This document shows positions 48,848 to 57,850 of a stretch of 64,000 nucleotides of DNA, in pieces. Numbering within the stretch: position 1 is the stretch's first letter; each line of letters begins with the position of its first letter. Position numbers and translations under genes: made by a program. Source of the DNA: Verrucomicrobiaceae bacterium. Lineage in GTDB: Bacteria; Verrucomicrobiota; Verrucomicrobiia; Verrucomicrobiales; Akkermansiaceae. A model generated the notes under the pieces. That model had not been told where the DNA came from. It made no database searches and saw only the letters and a program-made list of their open reading frames with translations. Location: positions 1-64,000 of the forward strand of contig JBPOGH010000007.1 of NCBI GenBank assembly GCA_051252135.1, in the 5' to 3' direction.

Positions 48848-49570
48848 ATGACAATCAAGACTTCTTTGGCACTTATGGTGTTTCTCCCGATATTGGGTTG
48901 GGCTCAGGACGAAGTGAAGGCGCCGGTGGCGAGTGAGCCGCTGCTCAAGCTGACTGCCGGGGACCAGTGGGTGTATGAGACCAAGGTGATGGCTCCGAGG
49001 AATGCGAAGATGCCCCAAGGCGAAGGCGTGGAAGTGAAAGAGACGGCGGATGGAGTGGTATCGACCTTTTCCAAGACGCGAATTTACGAAGGGAAGAAGG
49101 CCCCGAAGGAAGGGAGTCCGGAATTTGACAGCTTCCGGATCGAGCGGAACGGGAAGGTGGAGGAGTATGAGTATTCCGAAGTGAGAAATGATGCGATTTA
49201 TGCCCGTGGATGGAAGAAGGAGGGGGAAGAGCCGGGCTCGGTGTTTCTTTTGACGAAGCCTTTGCTAATGATCACGGCGAGCAATCGCCCGGGTGATCAG
49301 TGGGAAGTTAAGTCGGGGGACGGGAAAGAAACTCCGCTTTTTAACCGGAAGTTTCGCGTCTTTGGCGTGGAGACGGTGAAGGTGCCCGCAGGGGAATATG
49401 AGGCGATGCGGATCGAGGTGAGCGGGGATTCGGGGGCCGTCGAGATCAAGCGAACCTATTGGTTTGCGAAGGGCGTGGGCGTGGTGAAAGAGGAGAAGAC
49501 GTATTATTCACAGACGAAGCGCTTAATTCATCAGGAGATGGTGCTGACGAAGTATACGCCGGTGAAGTAG
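48848..49570 (+). CDS. Secreted hypothetical protein
   Basis: Signal peptide, GDQW.Y, ETVKVPAGEY, YWFAKGVGVVK. Confidence 0.75.
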   Translation: MTIKTSLALMVFLPILGWAQDEVKAPVASEPLLKLTAGDQWVYETKVMAPRNAKMPQGEGVEVKETADGVVSTFSKTRIYEGKKAPKEGSPEFDSFRIERNGKVEEYEYSEVRNDAIYARGWKKEGEEPGSVFLLTKPLLMITASNRPGDQWEVKSGDGKETPLFNRKFRVFGVETVKVPAGEYEAMRIEVSGDSGAVEIKRTYWFAKGVGVVKEEKTYYSQTKRLIHQEMVLTKYTPVK

Positions 49571-49577
49571 GGAGGCG

Positions 49578-51017
49578 TTACTGTTCCCCGTGGGTGAAAT
49601 CGCGGGTTTCGAAGCGCATGAGTGGCGGGATGAAGGTGAGGGGGATGTTCCCGGTTTCGCCATTTCGGTTTTTGGCGAGGACGAGTTCGGATTCGCCGCT
49701 GTCTTCTTCTTTTTCTTCGGCGGATTCCGCGTAGTAGGCTTTTCGGTAAAGGAGTCCGACCATGTCGGCATCCTGCTCGATCGATCCGGATTCCCGGAGG
49801 TCGGACATGCGGGGGACGCCGAGGGATGAGCCGGTGCGGCTTTCCGGGCCACGGTTGAGCTGAGCGAGGACGATGACGGGGATGTTGAGCTCTTTGGCGA
49901 TGGCTTTGAGTCCGGCGGAGATTTCCGCGATTTCCCGTTCGCGGGAGTTGGAGGCCTGCTTGGTGGTGGAGCGCATGAGCTGGAGGTAGTCAATGGCGAT
50001 CAGGCCGATGCCCTCGTCACGGTGCTTGCGGCGAGCCTTGGCACGGAGGTCGTTGATGGTGATGGCGGCGGTGTCGTCGATAAAGAGCTTGGAACTGGCG
50101 ACCTCGACCGAGGCGCGCTTGATGCGTTGGAGGTCAGCCTTGCTGGGTTGGTAGCCGCTTTGGAGCTTGGAGAAGGGGAAGCGAGCGCGTGAGAAGACGA
50201 GGCGCTGGACGATTTGTTGGGCACCCATCTCGCAGGAGAAGACCATGGCGGGAACGTTTTGGTCGATGGCGACGTGCTCCACGATGTTCATCATGAAGGA
50301 GGTCTTACCCATGGAGGGGCGTGCCGCGATGACGAACATGTCGGTGGGTTTGAGGCCGCCGCCTTTTTTATCGAGGTCGACATAACCGGTCTTGAGTCCG
50401 GGGGTGCCGCGATCACCCGCGAGGAATTCCTCGAAGTATTTCATGACGGCGGTGACGGTTTCCTTAATTGTTTCCTCGGTGCCGCTCTCGGAGGCCTCGC
50501 GGATTTTAAGGACGTCTTGTTCGACGCCATCGAGGAACATCTGGACGTCCTCGGGGTCATCGTAGGCCTCGGTGATGGAGGAGGTGCAGGAGTGGATGAC
50601 GGAGCGGAGAATGAACTTCTCTTTGACGATGGAGAGGTGGGAATCAAAGTGCGCGGCGGTGGGCGCGTAGGTGTAGATCTCGGTGATGGCCGCGGGTCCG
50701 CCCATTCCTTCGAGAAGGTTGCGGTCCATGAGGTATTGGTTGAGCGAGATGAGCTCGACGGATTTATTTTCCTCGAAATGGCCGGTGAGGACCTCGAAGA
50801 GTTTTCCGTGTGAGGGGACGTAGAAATGGCTGGGGGTGAGGTGGTTCTCGATGGCGCGGCCGATGTATTCCTCGGGGTCCTGAAGCATGGAGCTGAGGAG
50901 GCTTTTTTCAGGACCGATGGCGTGAGGAGGAGCGGCCAAATCGGGATTGGATTTCTCTTTTGAAGGGGTCTGAAGTTGAGGTCCCTTGCGTTCGAACATT
51001 TCCTGTGGATCCGCCAT
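49578..51017 (-). CDS. dnaB: Replicative DNA helicase
   Basis: IAARPSMGKT, IDYLQL, LAQLNR, SDLRESGSIEQDAD, AKNRNG. Confidence 0.97.
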   Translation of the reverse strand: MADPQEMFERKGPQLQTPSKEKSNPDLAAPPHAIGPEKSLLSSMLQDPEEYIGRAIENHLTPSHFYVPSHGKLFEVLTGHFEENKSVELISLNQYLMDRNLLEGMGGPAAITEIYTYAPTAAHFDSHLSIVKEKFILRSVIHSCTSSITEAYDDPEDVQMFLDGVEQDVLKIREASESGTEETIKETVTAVMKYFEEFLAGDRGTPGLKTGYVDLDKKGGGLKPTDMFVIAARPSMGKTSFMMNIVEHVAIDQNVPAMVFSCEMGAQQIVQRLVFSRARFPFSKLQSGYQPSKADLQRIKRASVEVASSKLFIDDTAAITINDLRAKARRKHRDEGIGLIAIDYLQLMRSTTKQASNSREREIAEISAGLKAIAKELNIPVIVLAQLNRGPESRTGSSLGVPRMSDLRESGSIEQDADMVGLLYRKAYYAESAEEKEEDSGESELVLAKNRNGETGNIPLTFIPPLMRFETRDFTHGEQ

Positions 51018-51078
51018 GAGGGGAGAATGTTTGAGAGGAGCGCCAGAGGCAATGTTGATAAGAGAAATCTGCGGCGAC

Positions 51079-51245
51079 TGTGAATAGCTGCGAGCAGATT
51101 CGGATTCTATTGCGTCGTGCTTCGAGTAGAATACTGATTTAGAGTGGCTTGAGCTTCTCCCAGAAGGAAGAGGGAGCCTGTGACCAAAGTGTGAATATCT
51201 TGTTCACAGGTTGTCGTTAAGGCGTTGTTCACAGACTTGTGCACA
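51079..51245. promoter_or_regulatory. Cluster of DnaA-box-like 9-mers
   Basis: TTGTTCACA at 51200 and 51225, TTGTGCACA at 51237, reverse-oriented TGTGAATAT at 51190 and TGTGAATAG at 51079. Confidence 0.55.
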
Positions 51246-52333
51246 GTGTGGGGCAGGTCACCGATCAATTGTTGCAGGTCCTCAAGCTTCCGGCTGCGTG
51301 GTGAATTGATGGGGACGAGGTGGAAGGAATGGGCGATGGGGGAGATGATGCGGATGACCTCGGCGGTTTCCTTATCCTCGACGGCACCGAAGATGATTTG
51401 GGCTTTTTGAGAGCCGTATTGAGATTGCCAGGTGTCGACGAGGGCTTGAGCGGAATGGGGGTTGTGGGCGGCGTCGAGGATGAGTGGTTTCCGGTGATTG
51501 AAGGGGGTTTGTTCGAGGATTTCGAACCGGCCCGGCCAGAGGATGTGTGAGAGGGCGTGGTGGACGGCATCATAGCTGAGGTGGTAGCCGAGAGCGGTCA
51601 TGGCCTCGCAGGCGAGGGTGGCGTTGTATTTTTGGTGTTCGCCGGGGAGGGAGATGGGGTAGCCGAGGAGGGGGTCGGGGGTGAACTCGAGGGAGGCCCG
51701 GGTTTCGTTGGCGACTTTTTCGATGGCGAGTTGGGCCTCGGGGGCTTGGGCGGAGGAGATGAGGGGTTTTCCTTTGAGGCAGATGCCGGCTTTTTCGGTG
51801 GCGATCTCGGTGAGAGTGGAGCCGAGCCACTTTTGGTGATCGAGGGCGATGGGGGTGAGGACGCAGACGTCGGCAGGGACGGCGGTGGTGGCATCGAGAC
51901 GTCCTCCCATGCCGGTCTCGAGGATGATGAGCTCGCAGTTATTCTCGCGGAAGTGGCGCATGCCGAGAGCGAGGGTGAGTTCAAAGAAGGTGGGATGGGT
52001 GTCCCAGGTGGAGACGAGGTCGCGCAGTGCGGTGAGGAGTTGGGCGGTGCGTTCTTCTGAAATCTCGAGGCCCGAGACGCGGAAGCGCTCGCGGTAGTGG
52101 ACGAGGTGAGGGGAGGTGAAGAGGCCGGTGCGGAGGGCGAGGGATTGACCGAGGGAGTCGATCATGGCGCAGGTGGAGCCTTTGCCATTGGTGCCTGCGA
52201 CGTGGACGACCTTGGTGCTGTGGGTGGGGAAGGCGAGGAATTCGCGGAGGAGACGACGGGGTGCCTCCAGCCCGAGTTTGATGCCAAACATCTGGGTGGA
52301 GTAGAGCCAATCGAGGCTTTCGTGATAGTTCAC
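51107..52333 (-). CDS. folC: Bifunctional folylpolyglutamate/dihydrofolate synthase
   Basis: HVAGTNGKGST, FTSPHL, ETGMGGRLDAT, WPGRFE, LDAAHNP, TGSLFL; GTG start at 52333. Confidence 0.95.
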   Translation of the reverse strand: MNYHESLDWLYSTQMFGIKLGLEAPRRLLREFLAFPTHSTKVVHVAGTNGKGSTCAMIDSLGQSLALRTGLFTSPHLVHYRERFRVSGLEISEERTAQLLTALRDLVSTWDTHPTFFELTLALGMRHFRENNCELIILETGMGGRLDATTAVPADVCVLTPIALDHQKWLGSTLTEIATEKAGICLKGKPLISSAQAPEAQLAIEKVANETRASLEFTPDPLLGYPISLPGEHQKYNATLACEAMTALGYHLSYDAVHHALSHILWPGRFEILEQTPFNHRKPLILDAAHNPHSAQALVDTWQSQYGSQKAQIIFGAVEDKETAEVIRIISPIAHSFHLVPINSPRSRKLEDLQQLIGDLPHTVHKSVNNALTTTCEQDIHTLVTGSLFLLGEAQATLNQYSTRSTTQ

Positions 52334-52343
52334 GGCGGAGGAA

Positions 52344-53702
52344 TCAGGGCTGCCAGGGGCCGGTGATCGCGAGTGTGTATCCTTGTCCCTGCATGTTGAC
52401 GAAGAGGATGGAGCCATCCGGGGAGAAGCAGGAGCCGGCGAACTCCGATTTGCTGATGGCGTTGCGGGCGAGGGTGTAGATTTTCCCCTCGGGGGTGATG
52501 CCACGGAGGTGTGGCGTTTTGGAGGAGTGCTCGGCGACGAGGTCCTCGCAGATGATGAGGTCTCCCCAAGGAGAGGAGCAAAGGTTGTCTCCGTTGGTGA
52601 GGAGGTCGCTCTCTTCGGGTTGGAGGAAGAGCTCGATGGTGTCCGGCTGGCTCGCGGAGCCGGACGGGGTGAGTTTGAAAACCTGTCCCTGGCTGCCAGC
52701 GCCGCCATCGGTGCAGCAGATGTAGAAAGAACCGTTGCTGAGATCGATGCCTTCTCCGCGGGCGAAGCGGGCGGCGCCTTTTCTGAAGCCACGGTAGCGG
52801 AGGTCGTTGTCCGGCGCTTCCACTCTGCTCATGTCGATCCAGGTGGCTTTCATGGGCTCGCCTTCCTTGATGGGGGTTTTGGTGCCGCTGTAGTTCCGCA
52901 GGTCGGCAGATTTATTGCCTTCGATGGCGAGGGCCTGGAGTTTTCCTTTGGAGAGGTCACCCTTTTGGTTGGGGATGAAGCGGTAGAGGAGTCCGTCGTT
53001 TGTGTCCTCGGTGATGTAGACGAATCCGGTGTTGGGGTCGACGGCGATGGCTTCATGACGGAAGCGTCCGAGGCCTTTGAGGGGGACGGCTTGCTGGAGT
53101 TCGCCGTCATCGGTGGCCTTTACTTCGAAGCAGTAGCCATGGAGTTGGCCGCGCTCGCTGGTGAGATCGGTGGGTTCTTCGCAGGTGACCCAGCTTCCCC
53201 AAGGGGTGGAGCCGCCGGCGCAGTTGCGATCGGTCCCGGTGAGGGAGAGGAATTCGCGAAGGACTTCGCCGCGGACGGGATCATAGACGATGGTGCTGGT
53301 GCCGCCAACATGGGGGAGGTCCGAGCTGCGACCGAAATCGTATGATTTTTTCTTATCGAAGTCTTTGGGTGGTTTTTGGTCGGGGAAGGGGCCGTGGGCC
53401 TGGCCATCGAGACCGAGCTCGTGGTTGCGCACGAGGATGACGGTGTTTTCGCGGCCGGGGAAGCAGGCCATGCCATCGGGTTTTCCGGGGACGGTGAGGC
53501 CATCGCTCATGGTGCCGCCGGCTTTGGAAATGATTTGGTATTTGAATCCTTCGGGGAGGTCGAGGATGCCCTCGGGATCGGGGAGAAGGGGGCCGTAGGG
53601 GGAAACGAGGCGATCAGGGCTTTGGGCGTGGAGGTATTTCTGAAGGCCGAGAAATCCGGCGGTAGCGGTAGCAGTGGTGGAGAGGAATGAGCGCCGTTGC
53701 AT
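52344..53702 (-). CDS. PhoX-family (DUF839) alkaline phosphatase, Tat-exported
   Basis: RRSFL Tat signal, LVRNHE, NCAGG.TPWGSWVTCEE, GRFRHEA, GDNL, EFAGSCFSPDG. Confidence 0.9.
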   Translation of the reverse strand: MQRRSFLSTTATATAGFLGLQKYLHAQSPDRLVSPYGPLLPDPEGILDLPEGFKYQIISKAGGTMSDGLTVPGKPDGMACFPGRENTVILVRNHELGLDGQAHGPFPDQKPPKDFDKKKSYDFGRSSDLPHVGGTSTIVYDPVRGEVLREFLSLTGTDRNCAGGSTPWGSWVTCEEPTDLTSERGQLHGYCFEVKATDDGELQQAVPLKGLGRFRHEAIAVDPNTGFVYITEDTNDGLLYRFIPNQKGDLSKGKLQALAIEGNKSADLRNYSGTKTPIKEGEPMKATWIDMSRVEAPDNDLRYRGFRKGAARFARGEGIDLSNGSFYICCTDGGAGSQGQVFKLTPSGSASQPDTIELFLQPEESDLLTNGDNLCSSPWGDLIICEDLVAEHSSKTPHLRGITPEGKIYTLARNAISKSEFAGSCFSPDGSILFVNMQGQGYTLAITGPWQP

Positions 53703-53754
53703 GATGGGTAATTGTCACCTCTTTTTGAGCTTAGGCAAGAAGGAGGTTGGGGAA

Positions 53755-54474
53755 TTAGCCTCGAAGGAGGGTGAGGACGATGACGCGTTTGACGGCGGCT
53801 TTTTTGGTGAGGAGGCGGGCGCACTCGTGTGCGGTGGAGCCGGTGGTGAAGACGTCATCGATGAGGAGGACGGTGGCGTCCTGGAGCTGATCGAGGTCCT
53901 TGGGGCGGATTTCGAAGGCGTTTTTGAGATTGGAGAGGCGTTCTTTCCGGGTGAGGCGGGTTTGGGTGGGAGTGGCGCGGCGGCGTTTGAGGGCGGGGAG
54001 GAGGGGGAGTCCGGAGAGGGGTGAGAAGGCGCGGGCGAGCTCGAGGGCCTGATTTCCGTGGCGGCGTTGTCTACGCCACCAATGGAGGGGGACGGGGATG
54101 ATGACGGTGTTGGCGGGGAGGGAGGCGAGGCGGGGGTCGTTTTTGAGGACCTCCATGAGGAAGGGTGCGAGCTCGGGTGCGAGGTAGAAGCGGCTTTGGT
54201 ATTTGAGGGCGTGGATGAGTTGGCGGGCGGGGCCGGTGGCGAGGAGGGGGGAGCGTGCGAAGTCGAAAGCGAAGGTGAGATTGGCGCAGTTGGGGCAGTC
54301 GAAGTCTCCCTCGATTTGGCCATCGAACGCTTCGCCGCAGGTGCGGCAGAAGGGGGCTTCGATGCGGAGGAGGGAGTCGGCGCAGGAGGAGCAGAGGGAG
54401 TGTCCTTCATCGAGCAAGGTGGAACAGACCTCGCAGAGAGGGGGGAAGCACCAGTCGAGGAGTTTGCGGATCAT
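53755..54474 (-). CDS. comF: ComF family amidophosphoribosyltransferase-like protein
   Basis: Double zinc ribbon, IPVPLH, LLIDDVFTTGST. Confidence 0.9.
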   Translation of the reverse strand: MIRKLLDWCFPPLCEVCSTLLDEGHSLCSSCADSLLRIEAPFCRTCGEAFDGQIEGDFDCPNCANLTFAFDFARSPLLATGPARQLIHALKYQSRFYLAPELAPFLMEVLKNDPRLASLPANTVIIPVPLHWWRRQRRHGNQALELARAFSPLSGLPLLPALKRRRATPTQTRLTRKERLSNLKNAFEIRPKDLDQLQDATVLLIDDVFTTGSTAHECARLLTKKAAVKRVIVLTLLRG

Positions 54475-55538
54475 GCGGTTTCACGGAGCTCCAGGTCCTC
54501 GGGGAAGGGTGATTCCTGAGGGTCGGGAGGGCGGAGAAAGCGGATGTAGAGGGCGATCACGATGCCGGTGATGGCGAGAGTGACGAGGGGGAGGATGCCT
54601 TCTTTGAGATTACGGCCGATGTAGATGTCAAATTCCTGCGGGAGGTCGGGACGTCGGAGGGTGAGATTTCCGAAGGCCTTGAGGGCGAAGACCCAGCTGG
54701 CGTGGAGTCCGATGGGGAGCCAGAGGGAGGCGGTGCCGTATCGTGCGATGCCGAGGATGAGACCGACGAGGAAGAGGGAGGCGAACTCGTAGAGCATGGC
54801 CTGGGGAGCCATGAAGCGTTGGCCGATGAGGGAGAGCATTTCGAAGCCAGCCTTCATGGAGGTGGGATCGGAGACAGTGGCGCCATCGGGTGGCTGGAGG
54901 AAGTGGAGGGCGGCGAAGAGGAGGGAGAGGGAGATGATGGCGAATCCGGGGCGGAAGGCGCGCAGGAAGATGCCGAGGAGAGCGCCGCGGAAGACGACTT
55001 CTTCCACGATGGAGACGATGATGGCGGGCTTGATGGCCTTTTCTCCGACCAGGGTGAGGAGTTCCTTGTCGGGGGCTTTGGCCCAGCTGAACCAGTTGAG
55101 GTGAAAGAGGAACCAGGCCAAGGCGAGGAAGAATCCGGCACCGAGGAGGAATCCGGTGAGGAGCTGGAGGATGCCGAAGCGGGGGTTGCGGAGGGGTTGG
55201 CCTTGAGCGGAGGCGATGGAGGATTGGGGCAGGTAGACGGACCAAGGGGTATTTTGGAGCTTACGGGGGTTCATTTTCATCCGGAGGGATGAGATGAGGG
55301 GGAAGAGAAGGAGGACGGCGGAGAGCATGAGGGCCCGCTTGAAGTAGGTGTCGAACTCCGCTTTTTCGGCTTTGCCGGCGAGCCATTTGAGTTCATCGGC
55401 GGTGTCTTTCTCAAGGGCGACATCGGCGAAGCCCTTGCCGATTTCGTAGAGAGGCGGCGTGATGAGGGCAGCAAGGACGAATGCGCCTACGAAATAGGCT
55501 ACGATTTTGATGACATCTCCCAGGGCGGACCTTCTCAC
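54471..55538 (-). CDS. CPBP (Abi/CAAX) intramembrane glutamic endopeptidase
   Basis: EEVVFRG, FAALHF, SLWLPIGLHASW. Confidence 0.9.
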   Translation of the reverse strand: MRRSALGDVIKIVAYFVGAFVLAALITPPLYEIGKGFADVALEKDTADELKWLAGKAEKAEFDTYFKRALMLSAVLLLFPLISSLRMKMNPRKLQNTPWSVYLPQSSIASAQGQPLRNPRFGILQLLTGFLLGAGFFLALAWFLFHLNWFSWAKAPDKELLTLVGEKAIKPAIIVSIVEEVVFRGALLGIFLRAFRPGFAIISLSLLFAALHFLQPPDGATVSDPTSMKAGFEMLSLIGQRFMAPQAMLYEFASLFLVGLILGIARYGTASLWLPIGLHASWVFALKAFGNLTLRRPDLPQEFDIYIGRNLKEGILPLVTLAITGIVIALYIRFLRPPDPQESPFPEDLELRETA

Positions 55539-55616
55539 GGGGGGACTTAAGCGGATTTAGGGGGAGGTGGGAAATTGGAAATTGGATTTTCCGGTCAGGC
55601 TGTTGAGACTGGGGCC

Positions 55617-55880
55617 ATGGAGCGTCACGAATGGCACATTACCGATGGTGAGGAAAGTCACCAGTATTGGCGGGCGAATCACCACGGAGGGCGGTGGACG
55701 ATTATGATGAAGCCGGATCGGGACGCTGATTGGGAGACGATTAAGAAGCCGGAGAATGAGCACTGGGAGATGCTGCGGGATGTGCTTTGGCGGAAGTATC
55801 AGCGGAAGCGGTGTCCGTGGAAGATGATTGCGAAGATTGATAAAATCCTGGGTCGGCCCAATGAAGGACCACAGCCGTAA
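55617..55880 (+). CDS. Small hypothetical protein
   Basis: Trp-rich 87-aa ORF with + strand codon bias; overlaps bioA start. Confidence 0.6.
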   Translation: MERHEWHITDGEESHQYWRANHHGGRWTIMMKPDRDADWETIKKPENEHWEMLRDVLWRKYQRKRCPWKMIAKIDKILGRPNEGPQP

Positions 55881-57087
55881 GTGGATTGAGGCCGATCGGC
55901 GGCACTCGTGGCACCCATTCACGGATCAGGCGGAGTGGGAGGCATCCGATCCGCTGGTGATCACGCGGGGTGAGGGGGTGTGGCTTTTTGACAGTGAGGG
56001 GAACCGGTATCTGGATGGGAACTCGAGCATTTGGACGAATATCCATGGTCACGGGCATCCGAAGATTGTGGCGGCGATTCAGGAGCAGGCGGCGAAGTTG
56101 TGCCATAGTTCGTTTTTGGGATTTACGAATGATCGGGCGAGCGAGTTGGCGGAGAGGCTGTGCGGATTTTTTCCGGGGACACTAACAAGGTGCTTTTTTT
56201 CGGACGATGGGTCGACGGCGCTGGAGTCGGCTTTGAAGATGAGCCTGCAGTGGTGTCAGCAGAATGGGCGGGAGAAGCGGACGGGGGTGATCGCCTTTGA
56301 TCATGCGTATCACGGCGATACGCTGGGGGCGTCATCGGTTGGGGGGGTGTCGCGCTTTGTGAAGGGATACGGCGAGGCGGGACTGCAGACGTATCGGGTC
56401 TCGGGGATGGAGGATTTTCGGAGGCTGCCGAAGGTGGTGGTGGCGACGGCGGGGGCGGTGGTGATCGAGCCGTTGATCCAGGGGGTCAACCAGATGCGCC
56501 CGTGGCCGAAGGGGATGCTGGCGGAGCTGCGTGAGTGGTGTGATGAGAACGAGGTGCACCTGATTTTGGATGAGGTGATGACCGGGTTTGGCCGGACGGG
56601 GACGATGTTTGCGTGCCAGCAGGAGGACGTGGTGCCGGACTTTCTATGCCTGGCGAAGGGGCTTACGGGCGGGACGATGCCACTGGCGGCGACCTTGACG
56701 CGGGAGGAGATTTACGAGGGGTTCAAGGGGGAGGGGCGGACCTTTTATTACGGGCACAGCTACACGGGAAATGCGTTGGGATGTGCGGCGGCCCTGGCGA
56801 ATCTGGAGGTGTTTGAGGAGAGCGGGGTGTTGGAGGAGGTGGAAAGGAAGGGAGCGCTACTGGAGGAAGGGTTGCGAGCCTGCGTGATCGTGAAAGAGAT
56901 TCGGCGGGTGGGTCTGGTGCTGGGAGTGGACGTAGCTCCGGGGACGGGGAAAGAGGTTTGTGCTGCGCTGCGAGATCGAGGGGTGCTGACGCGGCCGATT
57001 TTGGATACCATCGTGGTGATGCCGCCGCTGGTGATCTCTGATGGGGAGTTGGGCACTTTGTTGGCGGCGTTTGAGGGGGTGGGTTGA
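55861..57087 (+). CDS. bioA: Adenosylmethionine-8-amino-7-oxononanoate aminotransferase
   Basis: WHPFT, YLDGNSSIW, DDGSTA, YHGDT, DEVMTGFGRTG, CLAKGLTGG, HSYTGN. Confidence 0.92.
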   Translation: MKDHSRKWIEADRRHSWHPFTDQAEWEASDPLVITRGEGVWLFDSEGNRYLDGNSSIWTNIHGHGHPKIVAAIQEQAAKLCHSSFLGFTNDRASELAERLCGFFPGTLTRCFFSDDGSTALESALKMSLQWCQQNGREKRTGVIAFDHAYHGDTLGASSVGGVSRFVKGYGEAGLQTYRVSGMEDFRRLPKVVVATAGAVVIEPLIQGVNQMRPWPKGMLAELREWCDENEVHLILDEVMTGFGRTGTMFACQQEDVVPDFLCLAKGLTGGTMPLAATLTREEIYEGFKGEGRTFYYGHSYTGNALGCAAALANLEVFEESGVLEEVERKGALLEEGLRACVIVKEIRRVGLVLGVDVAPGTGKEVCAALRDRGVLTRPILDTIVVMPPLVISDGELGTLLAAFEGVG

Positions 57088-57196
57088 AGATCAGGAGTTC
57101 CACACCTGATGTGGAAAGTTTGTCCACGCGGCTTAGTAAACATTTTTGATGTGGCCGGGTCAGGAGGTAAGGTTTTGGGAAGATTCCCGTAGAACT

Positions 57197-57703
57197 ATGG
57201 CTATGAACGATTCAGAAAACATTTCGGGGCATTCTTTGGAAAGTGCCTCCGACTCGTCGCTTCGAAAATCAAATCCATTCTGGCGATGGTTCTGGCTGAC
57301 CTTCCTCGTGGTTTCGCTCGGTTATGCGTGGTACTCGTTCTACGTCCCGTCGAATGAGATCGCTTGGGCGGATGATGTGCCGACGGCCCAGCAGTTAGCG
57401 ACGGAATCCGACAAGAAGGTGATGATGTTTTTTACTGCGGAATGGTGTGTTCCTTGCCGGATCATGAAGCGTGAGGTCTTTGCGGATGAGGAGGCAATGA
57501 AGGAGATCAATGCGAAGGTTGTTCCGGTGATGGTTTATGCGGATGATTCTGGGGCGAGAGAGCTCGTTGATCGGTATCATGTCCGCGGGACACCGATCAC
57601 CATTTTTACCAATCCTCAGGGTGAGGTTCTTGATTACGCAGTCGGACAGGTAGGGAAAGAAGAGTTTTTGGGAATGCTTGATGGTTTAAGCAGTTCCAAT
57701 TGA
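57197..57703 (+). CDS. Membrane-anchored thioredoxin-family protein
   Basis: N-terminal TM, FTAEWCVPC, cis-Pro GTP. Confidence 0.88.
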   Translation: MAMNDSENISGHSLESASDSSLRKSNPFWRWFWLTFLVVSLGYAWYSFYVPSNEIAWADDVPTAQQLATESDKKVMMFFTAEWCVPCRIMKREVFADEEAMKEINAKVVPVMVYADDSGARELVDRYHVRGTPITIFTNPQGEVLDYAVGQVGKEEFLGMLDGLSSSN

Positions 57704-57850
57704 GCTTGGGCGGAAGGGGGATGTGGTGGTGGGCGACGCTGTCGGCGGTTGAACGGCCTGTCTTCCGCTGTGTGATTATCGCTTTAGCTTGCCGAGGAAG
57801 GATGCACTTAAGAAGGGGGAGGAGAGTCACGGTATCAGTGAACTCTCCCT

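Noticed and set aside
51004..51255. oriC at the DnaA-box cluster
   Set aside because: No skew inversion, no dnaA/dnaN nearby and no clear AT-rich unwinding element.
52334..52792. N-terminal extension of folC in the 561-aa ORF
   Set aside because: Out-of-frame overlap with the PhoX gene; FolC homology begins at GTG 52333.
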